Assembly (NCBI GenBank): GCA_038064415.1 | Contig: JBBTTD010000001.1 | Span: 13,738 to 77,737, forward strand | Direction of reading: 5' to 3' | DNA: 64,000 nucleotides | Source: Patescibacteria group bacterium | GTDB taxonomy: Bacteria > Patescibacteriota > Minisyncoccia > Phycocordibacterales > PALSA-1337 | Shown here: in pieces, positions 18,941 through 27,467 of the stretch | Position numbering within the stretch: position 1 is the stretch's first letter | Layout of the letters: every line of letters begins with the position of its first letter | Program-made: the position numbers and the translations under genes | The notes under the pieces: model-generated | Seen by the model: only the letters and a program-made list of their open reading frames with translations | Database searches by the model: none | Told to the model about the DNA's origin: nothing

Positions 18941-19085
18941 ATTATATTCAAAGAAGCTTTGAATCTATACAGAATCTGTAAGATTTGGTTTTCCAAAACA
19001 TCACAAAGTATATTATAATTATCTCAACTGAAATAAGATCCTATTTCATTTTTTGTTAGAAATTTGTATAATCAAAAAATTAACT

Positions 19086-19565
19086 ATGTTTCAAAAATTC
19101 ATTCCAACAATAATATTTATCATTGTTGCGCTGATTTTTTCTGTGGTGATAACTATTATTTTTAGCGTTGGTCCAAACATCGTGATTGTGCCTAGTAATT
19201 CAACCAATTCAGTTATCCTAAATACGACCAACCCAAATCCAACGCCGACAACTATCACTACGCCAAAACTCACACCCACTTCTGCGCCTAAACCTAAACC
19301 CAAACCCGCCCCAACACCGGTTTCAGCTACCGACTCCTATACGCTCTCTCAAATAGCTCAACACGGCGATTCTAAAAGTTGTTGGACGACTGTGAATGGC
19401 GGGGTATACGACATAACTGCGTGGATTGATCAACATCCTGGAGGAGCGCAAGCAATATTGGGGATGTGTGGAATTGACGCAAGTTCTGCTTACAATGATC
19501 AACATGATGGTCAGCGTCGTCCAACTGACGAACTCGCGAGTTTTAAAATAGGTACGCTAAGATAA
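19086..19565 (+). CDS. Membrane-anchored Pro/Thr-rich protein with a C-terminal cytochrome b5-like heme-binding domain
   Basis: N-terminal TM helix, a PT-rich linker, then LSQIAQHGDSKSCWTTVNGGVYDITAWIDQHPGG ... DASSAYNDQHDG, the HPGG cytochrome b5 signature. Confidence 0.6.
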   Translation: MFQKFIPTIIFIIVALIFSVVITIIFSVGPNIVIVPSNSTNSVILNTTNPNPTPTTITTPKLTPTSAPKPKPKPAPTPVSATDSYTLSQIAQHGDSKSCWTTVNGGVYDITAWIDQHPGGAQAILGMCGIDASSAYNDQHDGQRRPTDELASFKIGTLR

Positions 19566-19574
19566 CCAATCATT

Positions 19575-19964
19575 ATGCCCACAAAAATCACTTCAAAAGA
19601 AATTGCCCCAATAATTTTGCGCATAGCCATGTCATTAGTTTTTTTGTGGTTTGGTTCACAACAACTAATTCATCCTTCAAATTGGTTGAGCTTTGTGCCT
19701 GATTCAGTCGTGTCATTTTCACATCTTAGTGCCACCATTTTAGTTCATTTCAATGGAGCATTTGAGATAGTTTTCGGTTTGGCGTTGTTATTTGGATTTT
19801 TCACGAGAACATCGGCACTTTTATTAGGTCTTCATTTATTCAATATAACTTTAAGTTTAGGGCTTAGCGCCATCGCTGTCCGTGATTTTGGCCTATCTAT
19901 GGCCACTTTAGCTATCGTATTTTATGGAATGGACAGGTTTTGTCTGGATTATCGCATGAGTTGA
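19575..19964 (+). CDS. DoxX-like small membrane protein
   Basis: 129 aa with 3-4 TM helices and a DoxX-type N-terminus (LRIAMSLVFLWFGSQQL). Confidence 0.45.
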   Translation: MPTKITSKEIAPIILRIAMSLVFLWFGSQQLIHPSNWLSFVPDSVVSFSHLSATILVHFNGAFEIVFGLALLFGFFTRTSALLLGLHLFNITLSLGLSAIAVRDFGLSMATLAIVFYGMDRFCLDYRMS

Positions 19965-20077
19965 AAGGCCAGTGAACTTATTCATCAAGTAGCTATTTTT
20001 CAGAAGTGTGCTACAATTGCCCCACGAGAGAGCAAGTCGAGTTTTTTCGCAATAATAGTTTAAAATCAAAAAAGAAA

Positions 20078-20275
20078 ATGCAGGGTAAAATAAAGACTCT
20101 CACCGAAAAAGGATTTGGTTTCATTGCTCGCGAAGGCGAGGCAAAGGATCTCTTCTTTCACTCAAACGATTTGAGCGGTGTTTCTTTCAATGAACTTCAG
20201 GTTGGCGATATGGTCAGCTTTGAAATAGTCGAAGGACCAAAGGGGCCAAGTGCCAAGAATGTCGCCAAGATATAA
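20078..20275 (+). CDS. cspA: Cold-shock protein (CspA family)
   Basis: MQGKIKTLTEKGFGFIAREGEAKDLFFH contains the RNP1 and RNP2 motifs. The start is set at the internal Met where CSD homology begins. Confidence 0.85.
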   Translation: MQGKIKTLTEKGFGFIAREGEAKDLFFHSNDLSGVSFNELQVGDMVSFEIVEGPKGPSAKNVAKI

Positions 20276-20291
20276 ATCTTCGCTTCAAAAG

Positions 20292-20329
20292 AAAACCGCT
20301 CTAAGAGAAATCTCGGAGCGGTTTTCTTT
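20292..20329 (+). terminator. Rho-independent terminator of cspA
   Basis: AAAACCGCTC-taagagaaatctcg-GAGCGGTTTT followed by CTTTT. Confidence 0.7.
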
Positions 20330-20335
20330 TAAAAT

Positions 20336-20379
20336 CAAGGTCGGACCTTGGGTGATTTGGAGCTAAGGTCCGACCTTGA
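20336..20379. repeat. Palindromic element family 1: two AAGGTCGGACCTT-type units in inverted orientation
   Basis: CAAGGTCGGACCTTGGgtgatttggagCTAAGGTCCGACCTTG. The exact reverse complement of this 43-bp sequence recurs at 50806-50850. Confidence 0.8.
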
Positions 20380-20416
20380 TTTTACGAACTTCCTCCATAT
20401 TTGTTATACTATCTTC

Positions 20417-22582
20417 ATGATTCCAGACAAGTTTCTCAAGCCCTACGATCCTACCAGCACGGAAGACAGGATTTATGCCCTCTGGGAAAAGAGTGGCTTT
20501 TTCAATCCCGATAAATTGCCCGAGCGTAATAAAAAAGGCGAACCATTTTCCATAGTTTTGCCACCACCGAATGTCACTGGAGTTTTACATATGGGCTCGG
20601 CATTGATGCTTGCCATTGAGGATATTATGGTTCGCTACGCGCGAATGAAAGGGAAACAGACGCTTTGGATTCCTGGGACTGATCATGCCGCTATTGCCAC
20701 TCAAGCGGTTGTGGAAAAAGACATTCAAAGAAAAGAAGACAAATCTCGTCATGATCTCGGCAGGGAAGAAATGCTCCGACGTATTGGTACGCATGTTCAA
20801 ACTACCCATGACATTATTGTAAGTCAGATGCGTAAGATGGGCGCTTCAATTGATTGGTCTCGGGAAGCTTTCACTCTTGACGATAAGCGCAATCTGGCCG
20901 TTCGCACGGCTTTCAAAAAAATGTATGATGATGGTTTGATATACCGTGGTTATCGCGTAGTCAATTGGGATCCAAAAGGTCAGACTACTATTTCTGATGA
21001 TGAAATAGTGTACGAAACAAGAAAGACGAAACTTTACACCTTCAGGTACTCAAAAGATATACCTATTTCTATCTCCACGACGCGTCCGGAGACCAAATTG
21101 GGTGATACTGCTATCGCCGTAAATCCTGACGATCCGCGCTACAAAAAATATATCGGCGAGGAGTTTGACGCGGTCTTTGCTGGTGAACCGATTCACCTCA
21201 AAGTCATTGCCGATGCTTCAGTAGAATTAGAATTCGGCACCGGCGCTCTCGGTGTAACTCCCGCTCATTCAATTGCTGATTGGGAAATGGCCCAAAGGCA
21301 CAGTTTACCACTGAAACAAGTTATTAATGAATACGCAAAAATGACTGTTGGATTGGATGGCATAAAAGATAAAAAGACAACCGAAGCGCGCGAAGCCGTG
21401 GTTGACTGGCTCAAAAAAGAAGGTTTATTGGAGAAAGAAGAAGATATTGAACATAATATAAGTTTAGCGGAAAGAACGGGTGGAATCGTGGAACCATTGC
21501 CAAAATTGCAGTGGTTTGTGGCGGTTAATAGAGAATTCAAAAGAGAAGGGGTGACTTTCACATTAAAACAATTAATGACGCGTGTCGTTGAAACGGATCA
21601 AGTCCAATTCATTCCCGATCGTTTCAGAGATGTTTATCATCATTGGATCGGAAGTCTTCGTGATTGGTGTATTTCAAGGCAGATTTGGTATGGGCACAGG
21701 ATTCCAGTTTGGTACAAAAATCAGGAGATCTATGTCGGAGTTGAAGCGCCAAAAGGAAATGATTGGATCCAAGATGAAGACACTCTTGATACATGGTTTT
21801 CATCTGGTCTTTGGACTTTCTCAACTCTTGGTTGGCCAGACGAAAAAGAATTTAACATCAATCGCAAGTATCACCCAACCACTATTTTAGAAACTGGTTC
21901 TGATATTATCTTTTTTTGGGTAGCGCGCATGATTCTGATGAGTACTTATTTATTAGACGAAGTCCCGTTCAAGACGGTATATCTTCATGGTCTAGTTCGT
22001 GATGGTAAAGGTAGGAAAATAAGTAAGTCGCTCGGTAATAACATAGACCCTCTTGAAATGATCATTAAATATGGAGCTGACGCGGTGCGCATGGCACTTA
22101 TTGTAGCCGTCGGTCCTGGTAATGACAGTAAGGTTGATGAGCAGAAGATTAAGGCATATAAATTATTTAGTAACAAAATTTGGAATATTGCCAGATTTAT
22201 TTTGAGTGCAACCGAGAATGTCAAATATTCAGCTGAATTTTCAGAGTGGAGCGATACTGATAAGAAACACATTGAGGTCTTGAATGATTTGATTAAAGAG
22301 ATTACTTCCGAAATGGATGAATACAAGTTTTATTTAGTTGGCGAAAAGCTTTATCACTATGTCTGGCATGAATTTGCCGATAAAATCATTGAGGAAAGTA
22401 AGTCAATAATTGACGGCACTGACGAAAAAGTCAAAAATTCCCGTATTCAATTTTTGTTTTACGCTTTACGCGCGATCCTTAGACTACTTCATCCATTTAT
22501 GCCATTTGTGACAGAGGAGATTTGGCGGGAAGTGGGGAAGAGTAAATCATTATTGATGGTAGAGGAGTGGCCGAGATATTAA
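20417..22582 (+). CDS. valS: Valyl-tRNA synthetase (short form, no C-terminal coiled coil)
   Basis: PPPNVTGVLHMGSA (HIGH-region variant), the WIPGTDHAAIATQ motif and KISKSLGN (KMSKS). The start is moved to the Met at 20417 because the upstream part of the ORF overlaps the palindromic element. Confidence 0.8.
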   Translation: MIPDKFLKPYDPTSTEDRIYALWEKSGFFNPDKLPERNKKGEPFSIVLPPPNVTGVLHMGSALMLAIEDIMVRYARMKGKQTLWIPGTDHAAIATQAVVEKDIQRKEDKSRHDLGREEMLRRIGTHVQTTHDIIVSQMRKMGASIDWSREAFTLDDKRNLAVRTAFKKMYDDGLIYRGYRVVNWDPKGQTTISDDEIVYETRKTKLYTFRYSKDIPISISTTRPETKLGDTAIAVNPDDPRYKKYIGEEFDAVFAGEPIHLKVIADASVELEFGTGALGVTPAHSIADWEMAQRHSLPLKQVINEYAKMTVGLDGIKDKKTTEAREAVVDWLKKEGLLEKEEDIEHNISLAERTGGIVEPLPKLQWFVAVNREFKREGVTFTLKQLMTRVVETDQVQFIPDRFRDVYHHWIGSLRDWCISRQIWYGHRIPVWYKNQEIYVGVEAPKGNDWIQDEDTLDTWFSSGLWTFSTLGWPDEKEFNINRKYHPTTILETGSDIIFFWVARMILMSTYLLDEVPFKTVYLHGLVRDGKGRKISKSLGNNIDPLEMIIKYGADAVRMALIVAVGPGNDSKVDEQKIKAYKLFSNKIWNIARFILSATENVKYSAEFSEWSDTDKKHIEVLNDLIKEITSEMDEYKFYLVGEKLYHYVWHEFADKIIEESKSIIDGTDEKVKNSRIQFLFYALRAILRLLHPFMPFVTEEIWREVGKSKSLLMVEEWPRY

Positions 22583-22583
22583 T

Positions 22584-22602
22584 GTGAAGGTCAGGCCTTC
22601 AC
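22584..22602. repeat. Palindromic element family 2 (GTGAAGGTCAGGCCTTCAC)
   Basis: Begins 2 nt after the valS stop. Near-identical copies occur at 39635-39653 (reverse orientation, 1 mismatch) and 56586-56604. Confidence 0.75.
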
Positions 22603-22663
22603 TTAAGCTATCCACAGTCTAACTATGCTTAACTTATATAATTATGTTGTATAATTAGACCAT

Positions 22664-22978
22664 ATGGAAAGCTATCTAAAAGAGAATCCTCATCACAGAG
22701 CGCCATTTATTATAATTTTAATATGTATTGTCACTGTTTCGTTAGTTTACACAATTGCGGTTATTTGGGGACCGAGTGATCGATTATCAACATCAACAAA
22801 ATTAACATCTGAAAATAGTATTGAAGTTCAAATGGCAGAAAAATTACGCAATTCACAACCTGCTTCAGCGGCAGATCTGAATAGTATGCGCGCAGAGTTA
22901 TCAAATGCAAAACCAGCTACTTCTGCGGATTTGAAGAAAATGGCTGATCAATTGAAACAAGTTGAAACGAATATTTAG
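22664..22978 (+). CDS. Hypothetical membrane-anchored protein
   Basis: 104 aa with an N-terminal TM helix and short SADL/KKMADQL repeats in the C-terminus. Confidence 0.4.
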   Translation: MESYLKENPHHRAPFIIILICIVTVSLVYTIAVIWGPSDRLSTSTKLTSENSIEVQMAEKLRNSQPASAADLNSMRAELSNAKPATSADLKKMADQLKQVETNI

Positions 22979-23018
22979 ATTATTTACAAAATTATTTTAT
23001 TAATATTATATTTATATT

Positions 23019-23810
23019 ATGAAAAAAACATCTCTTATCACTAGAATAGCTGCTATCACAGGCCTAATGCTTGGAGCATTTGCTTTAGCAGTTACCGCGG
23101 GAACATGGACCGCTCCAACATGTTCTCCTCCAGATTGTAATGTGGACGCGCCGATAAATGTTGGAGTTAGTGCGCAGACAAAACTTGGGGCACTTGGACT
23201 TGCACCTGGGAATCTTATTATTTGGGATGGAAGTACCAATGTTCCTGCTGGATCAGTATTGGTTGCAGATGGTACTGGACATGGTGGAGCTATTTGGGGA
23301 AGTGCAGGTGCCGGTGGAAGTGGGAACGGAATACCAAATAACATTGTTGTGATCAATTCAAATCAAAATTGGACAGTACCGGCTGGTGTGACTAAAGTGA
23401 GAATTCGTGCCTGGGGTGGCGGCGGCGGCGGATTTTGTGGCGGTGGAGGTAATACCGGAGCAGCGGGTGGAGACAGTGGATATGCGGAGAAACTTTTATC
23501 TGTACAGGTAGGTGATGTTATAAATTTTACGATTGGCGACGGAGGTAGTGCAGGAATTAGAACATCTAGTGACTGTGGGGCTGGGCATCCTGCTCCAGGT
23601 CCTGGTTATAACACTACTGCTACATATAATAGTGTTGTTATCATTAATGCAGGGGGAGGTCTTCCGGCTCTTAGTGGTAGTGGTGGACCGAGAGGTCGTG
23701 GCACGAGTACTGTCGGCGATGTTTTAACATATGGAACTGGAGGTTTGGGTGGATTAAATGATTTTAATGGTAATCCTGGTTCAAAGGGTGCTATCGTTAT
23801 TGAATATTAA
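23019..23810 (+). CDS. Secreted glycine-rich protein
   Basis: Signal peptide (MKKTSLITRIAAITGLMLGAFALA) followed by long Gly runs (RIRAWGGGGGGFCGGGGNTGAAGG). GC-richer than neighbours. Confidence 0.6.
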   Translation: MKKTSLITRIAAITGLMLGAFALAVTAGTWTAPTCSPPDCNVDAPINVGVSAQTKLGALGLAPGNLIIWDGSTNVPAGSVLVADGTGHGGAIWGSAGAGGSGNGIPNNIVVINSNQNWTVPAGVTKVRIRAWGGGGGGFCGGGGNTGAAGGDSGYAEKLLSVQVGDVINFTIGDGGSAGIRTSSDCGAGHPAPGPGYNTTATYNSVVIINAGGGLPALSGSGGPRGRGTSTVGDVLTYGTGGLGGLNDFNGNPGSKGAIVIEY

Positions 23811-23828
23811 TATTTTCTATCAAAACTG

Positions 23829-25004
23829 ATGAAAATTAAAACTTTATTTATCGTATTGTTTTTTCTCCTAAGTTTCGTTTTTGTAGTTCACGCGGCTGGC
23901 AATCTTTATAGCATAAGCGGTTGGGCGTGGTCATCAAATATTGGCTGGATAAGCGCAAAAGCGTCGCAACCTGAATCTGGCGGTGGAAGTTATGGATTAT
24001 TGTTGGCAACAAAAACAAATGGTACTATTGGCACATTTATTGGGTATACTTGGTCATCAAATATTGGTTGGATCAGTTTCAATACAGGAATAGATGATTG
24101 TCCGACTACTGATTCTTGGGATTCTGCGAACGCTATCAATGGTTGTATCCCATCTGTTGATCTAATTAGCGGTAAAGTTACCGGCTGGGTCCAAGCCATG
24201 TCTGGCGCTGGAAGGACAGATGGCTGGGATGGTTGGATTCAGCTTGCTGGGACCAATCATACTTCTCCAAATCTTGCGGGTACTGGAGGGATTACTTATG
24301 ACAAAGTCGCTGGAAAATTCAAAGGATATGCTTGGGGAGATACAAATGTCGGGTGGATTAATTTTGATTCTGGTGTAGTCGGAGTAACACCCGTCACTTG
24401 TAATGGATGTCCCGGCACGACACCAAACCCAACCGTTGACATCTCCGCCAATCCAACCTCGGTTACATCTGGTGGAAGCTCAAATATCTCATGGACTTCA
24501 ACTAATGCTACCGCTTGTGACGTTACCAGAGCGGGATCTCCTTGGAGGACTGGTACATCGGGTACCAATGTCTCTTCTGGAGCACTTACAGCTAATACTA
24601 CATTTATTGCTACTTGTACCGGAGCAATTGGAACGACCCCTGCCAGTGACACTGTGACTGTCAATTCTGTAGCTAGTCTCTCCCTCTTTATTGGTCGTGC
24701 TTCTGATACACCCGCAAATGTAAATAAACCAACTTTGCCGATTACCCAAGGCGATGGTTTCAAACTAAAGTGGACAAATGGATCTGCTACGCCAAGTGAT
24801 TGTCTTGCAACTGTTAATAATTCGGCGTCTTTCACGGGATTTAATAATGTCGCTATACAAACAGATGACATCATTACAGTACAAGGTTCAGAGACAAGCG
24901 CCTTATCAGGAACATATACTCTTACGATAAGTTGTCTAGATACCAATCCACTTAATGCTTCCGTTACCCTACAAGTCGGTAGTTCCGTGGAAGTTCCATT
25001 TTAA
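23829..25004 (+). CDS. Secreted protein with a triplicated W-S-S-N-I-G-W-I motif and a Thr/Ser-rich Ig-like C-terminal region
   Basis: Signal peptide, then three copies of GY(A/T)WSSNIGWIS(A/F) (the third reads GYAWGDTNVGWINF), then a T/S/N-rich beta-rich domain. Confidence 0.6.
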   Translation: MKIKTLFIVLFFLLSFVFVVHAAGNLYSISGWAWSSNIGWISAKASQPESGGGSYGLLLATKTNGTIGTFIGYTWSSNIGWISFNTGIDDCPTTDSWDSANAINGCIPSVDLISGKVTGWVQAMSGAGRTDGWDGWIQLAGTNHTSPNLAGTGGITYDKVAGKFKGYAWGDTNVGWINFDSGVVGVTPVTCNGCPGTTPNPTVDISANPTSVTSGGSSNISWTSTNATACDVTRAGSPWRTGTSGTNVSSGALTANTTFIATCTGAIGTTPASDTVTVNSVASLSLFIGRASDTPANVNKPTLPITQGDGFKLKWTNGSATPSDCLATVNNSASFTGFNNVAIQTDDIITVQGSETSALSGTYTLTISCLDTNPLNASVTLQVGSSVEVPF

Positions 25005-25480
25005 AGATTTTTCTTGGCGTTTTCTAAAGACTCCTGTTCTTCTCCTGATAATTCATATTCAGAACAGTATTTTTTTACTGGCTTGGAGAAGACATTGACA
25101 TGATCTCGTGAATAAATACTAGAAATAATCACGCCGTCACCTTCTTCATTGAGTAGGGTAGTGGCAAAGCTTTGGTTACCTCCTCCGCCCGTGCCTTTGA
25201 ATGGATTGAAACGAATCGTGTGGATTGATTGAACACTTTTACGAAGTCGCTTCTCTACTTCGGTTAAATAAATCTCAAGATCGTTTCTGAATTTTTCTAA
25301 CTCTTTCAGACTGCCTGACATATGAGTTAATGAGTCGGCGATATTTTTTGCTTCAATATGCACTAAAAATCTGCGCATTTTGAAATACATTGATATTATT
25401 AAGATCAACAAAATTATTGTCGCGATCGCGAGTAGGATTAGACCGATTAAAAGTGGATCAAAATTATTGAAAGATGTCAT
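25001..25480 (-). CDS. DUF4446-like membrane protein
   Basis: TM helix, a coiled coil, then RFNPFKGTGGGGNQSFATTLLNEEGDGVIISSIYSRD. The start is trimmed to the internal Met MTSFNNFDPLL. Confidence 0.5.
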   Translation of the reverse strand: MTSFNNFDPLLIGLILLAIATIILLILIISMYFKMRRFLVHIEAKNIADSLTHMSGSLKELEKFRNDLEIYLTEVEKRLRKSVQSIHTIRFNPFKGTGGGGNQSFATTLLNEEGDGVIISSIYSRDHVNVFSKPVKKYCSEYELSGEEQESLENAKKNL

Positions 25481-25538
25481 TCGATTATTATACTCTATCT
25501 TGCAATATTTACGCCAATGGTATAAATTAAGTGAAGGT

Positions 25539-25742
25539 ATGAATGAGATCCTTGTCGGTGTTGTAAGCATGCTTCTTTTTTTAGGAGCCGTGTACGCACT
25601 CTGGGTTTACTTCAGAGATGAGTCCGTTTCCATTTTCTGGTCAGAACCTACGTCGTTTGTAATTCAAATGACGCAGTCTTTACTCCAGGAAAACAAGCAT
25701 GTGGCTAAGGTCCACATTCGGAAACAATGGTGTAGTCTATAA
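25539..25742 (+). CDS. Small membrane protein (67 aa)
   Basis: MNEILVGVVSMLLFLGAVYALWVYF... preceded by TATAAAT and a GAAGG Shine-Dalgarno, and followed by a clean terminator. Confidence 0.4.
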   Translation: MNEILVGVVSMLLFLGAVYALWVYFRDESVSIFWSEPTSFVIQMTQSLLQENKHVAKVHIRKQWCSL

Positions 25743-25756
25743 AACTAGACAGGGTC

Positions 25757-25790
25757 ACTGCCCGCCTGTGCAGTGACTCCTTTTTCTTGG
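25757..25790 (+). terminator. Rho-independent terminator
   Basis: GTCACTGC-ccgcctgt-GCAGTGAC followed by TCCTTTTTCTT. Confidence 0.65.
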
Positions 25791-25806
25791 TTTATTATGA
25801 CTATTT

Positions 25807-27054
25807 ATGATAGATTCATGCTATATGTTCAGACGAAGAATATACCTAGATTATGCTTCATTGACTCCAATTGATCCTCAAGTCATTCGTGAGGTTAATA
25901 AGTATTCATCCATAACATACACCAATCCATCCTCTTTATATTTTGAGGGTGTTTCTGCTAAAAAAGCTTTAATTCAAGGCCGAAAAATTGTCGCTGATTT
26001 TATCAATGCTCATTCAGATGAGATTGTCTTTACTAGCGGCGGGACAGAAGCCAATAATTTAGCCTTGAATGGAGTAATTCAATCAGCGCGCGCTAATGGT
26101 ATAGAAAAACCTCATATTATTATTTCTTCCATTGAACATTCTTCTATTATTGAGACAGTTAATATATTGGAAAAACAAGGCTGTGAAGTTACGAGGTTGT
26201 CCGTAAATCATTCCGGAATTGTTTCTTTGGATGAATTGAGAAAATCTATTAAAGCGAATACGGTCTTAGTTTCCATAATGACGGTTAATAATGAAGTTGG
26301 AACGATTCAGCCGATTCGAGAGATTGCGAAAATTGTTAGACGAGCAAGATTGAAGTCAGACGAGCCCGCAGGTGGCGACAGTTCTCCCGACTTGAGCGAA
26401 GCGAAACGAAGGGAGAATCCTGTCGCGCCGAGAGGGCGAATGAATAATGTTTATCCGCTTTTTCACACTGATTCCGCGCAAGCGGCAATTTATCAAGATT
26501 TGAATGTAGAAAAACTTGGCGTTGACTTACTTACTCTTGATGGGAGCAAAGCATATGGTCCGCGTGGTATTGGATGTTTATATATAAGGAGAAATACACC
26601 AATTAATCCGATTATCTATGGCGGAGGTCAAGAATTCGGCATGAGGTCTGGCACAGAAAATCTTCCCGCGATTATGGGATTCGCGAAGGCGCTTCAAATC
26701 GCAAAGATTCAGGTTTTAAGATTCAGAATTCAAGAATTGAAAGATATGATGATATCTGGGTTAAAAGCAATTTATCCGAATATTGTTGTTAATGGCGGTG
26801 GGGAAGTCTCGCCACATGTTCTCAATGTTTCTATTCCCGGTATTGATAATGAATTTTTTGTTCTACAATTAGACGCCAAGGGGGTTGCTTGCTCAACTAA
26901 AAGTTCTTGTCTGCGCGATGAAGATGAGTCGTATGTCTTAAAGGCGATGGGTATAGACAGTAAAATTTCCGTTAGATTTTCATTTGGCAAGTGGACAAAA
27001 AAGAGGGAAATTGGGAGGGCATTAAAAGTTATTAAAAACCTTGCAATTCACTAA
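25807..27054 (+). CDS. Cysteine desulfurase (NifS/IscS family) carrying an in-frame roughly 33-aa insertion
   Basis: Class V aminotransferase motifs are present (FTSGGTEANN, FHTDSAQA, LDGSKAYGPRGIGCLY with the PLP Lys). An extra segment RLKSDEPAGGDSSPDLSEAKRRENPVAPRGRMN lies between conserved blocks. Confidence 0.8.
   Translation: MIDSCYMFRRRIYLDYASLTPIDPQVIREVNKYSSITYTNPSSLYFEGVSAKKALIQGRKIVADFINAHSDEIVFTSGGTEANNLALNGVIQSARANGIEKPHIIISSIEHSSIIETVNILEKQGCEVTRLSVNHSGIVSLDELRKSIKANTVLVSIMTVNNEVGTIQPIREIAKIVRRARLKSDEPAGGDSSPDLSEAKRRENPVAPRGRMNNVYPLFHTDSAQAAIYQDLNVEKLGVDLLTLDGSKAYGPRGIGCLYIRRNTPINPIIYGGGQEFGMRSGTENLPAIMGFAKALQIAKIQVLRFRIQELKDMMISGLKAIYPNIVVNGGGEVSPHVLNVSIPGIDNEFFVLQLDAKGVACSTKSSCLRDEDESYVLKAMGIDSKISVRFSFGKWTKKREIGRALKVIKNLAIH
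26355..26445. repeat. GC-rich hairpin-forming element inserted in-frame within the cysteine desulfurase CDS
   Basis: GCGACAGTTCTCCC-(22 nt)-GGGAGAATCCTGTCGC forms a near-perfect 14-bp inverted repeat. The local GC is far above the flanking coding sequence, and the segment encodes the extra peptide that IscS lacks. Confidence 0.6.
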
Positions 27055-27077
27055 TTCCTCTGCTATTATACTTTCTC

Positions 27078-27467
27078 ATGTTGATGATTAGATTACAGCG
27101 TACGGGCCGAAAACACGAACCAACATTTCGTGTTGTTTTGACTGATTCCAAAAATGGTCCCAAAAGCGGCAAATATCTTAAAAATTTGGGCTGGTACGAT
27201 ACACGCATTAAGAACAAGATTGAGCAGATTGACACTGAAGCCATCAAAAATTGGATATCCAAAGGAGCTAAACTTTCTCTAACGCTCCATAACTATCTGG
27301 TAGGGCAAAAAATAATTGAAGGTAAGAAACTAAACGCGTTACCAAGACATACTCCGATCAAGAAAGTTGAGGAAGTAAAGAAGGAAGAAGCAAAATCTGT
27401 TGAAGCCCCTGTCCCAACTCCAGTAAAGGATGCCACTCCAATTGGATCAGCTCCTGCGACAGTTTAA
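27078..27467 (+). CDS. rpsP: 30S ribosomal protein S16 with a C-terminal Lys/Pro-rich extension
   Basis: MLMIRLQRTGRKHEPTFRVVLTDSKNGPKSGKYLKNLGWYD. Confidence 0.9.
   Translation: MLMIRLQRTGRKHEPTFRVVLTDSKNGPKSGKYLKNLGWYDTRIKNKIEQIDTEAIKNWISKGAKLSLTLHNYLVGQKIIEGKKLNALPRHTPIKKVEEVKKEEAKSVEAPVPTPVKDATPIGSAPATV

Noticed and set aside
24296-24946. 216-aa minus-strand ORF, plus other 60-115 aa antisense ORFs inside large genes (for example within rpoB, rpoC, leuS, uvrA, valS)
   Set aside because: They lie fully inside well-supported genes on the opposite strand. They are low-complexity or compositionally biased, have no start context and resemble no known protein. They are antisense artefacts of GC-rich or long coding regions.
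25380-25742. Full 120-aa plus-strand ORF overlapping the DUF4446 gene on the opposite strand
   Set aside because: Only the distal part (25539-25742) has a promoter, Shine-Dalgarno, membrane-helix signal and a terminator. The proximal part overlaps the start region of the minus-strand gene and is probably not translated.
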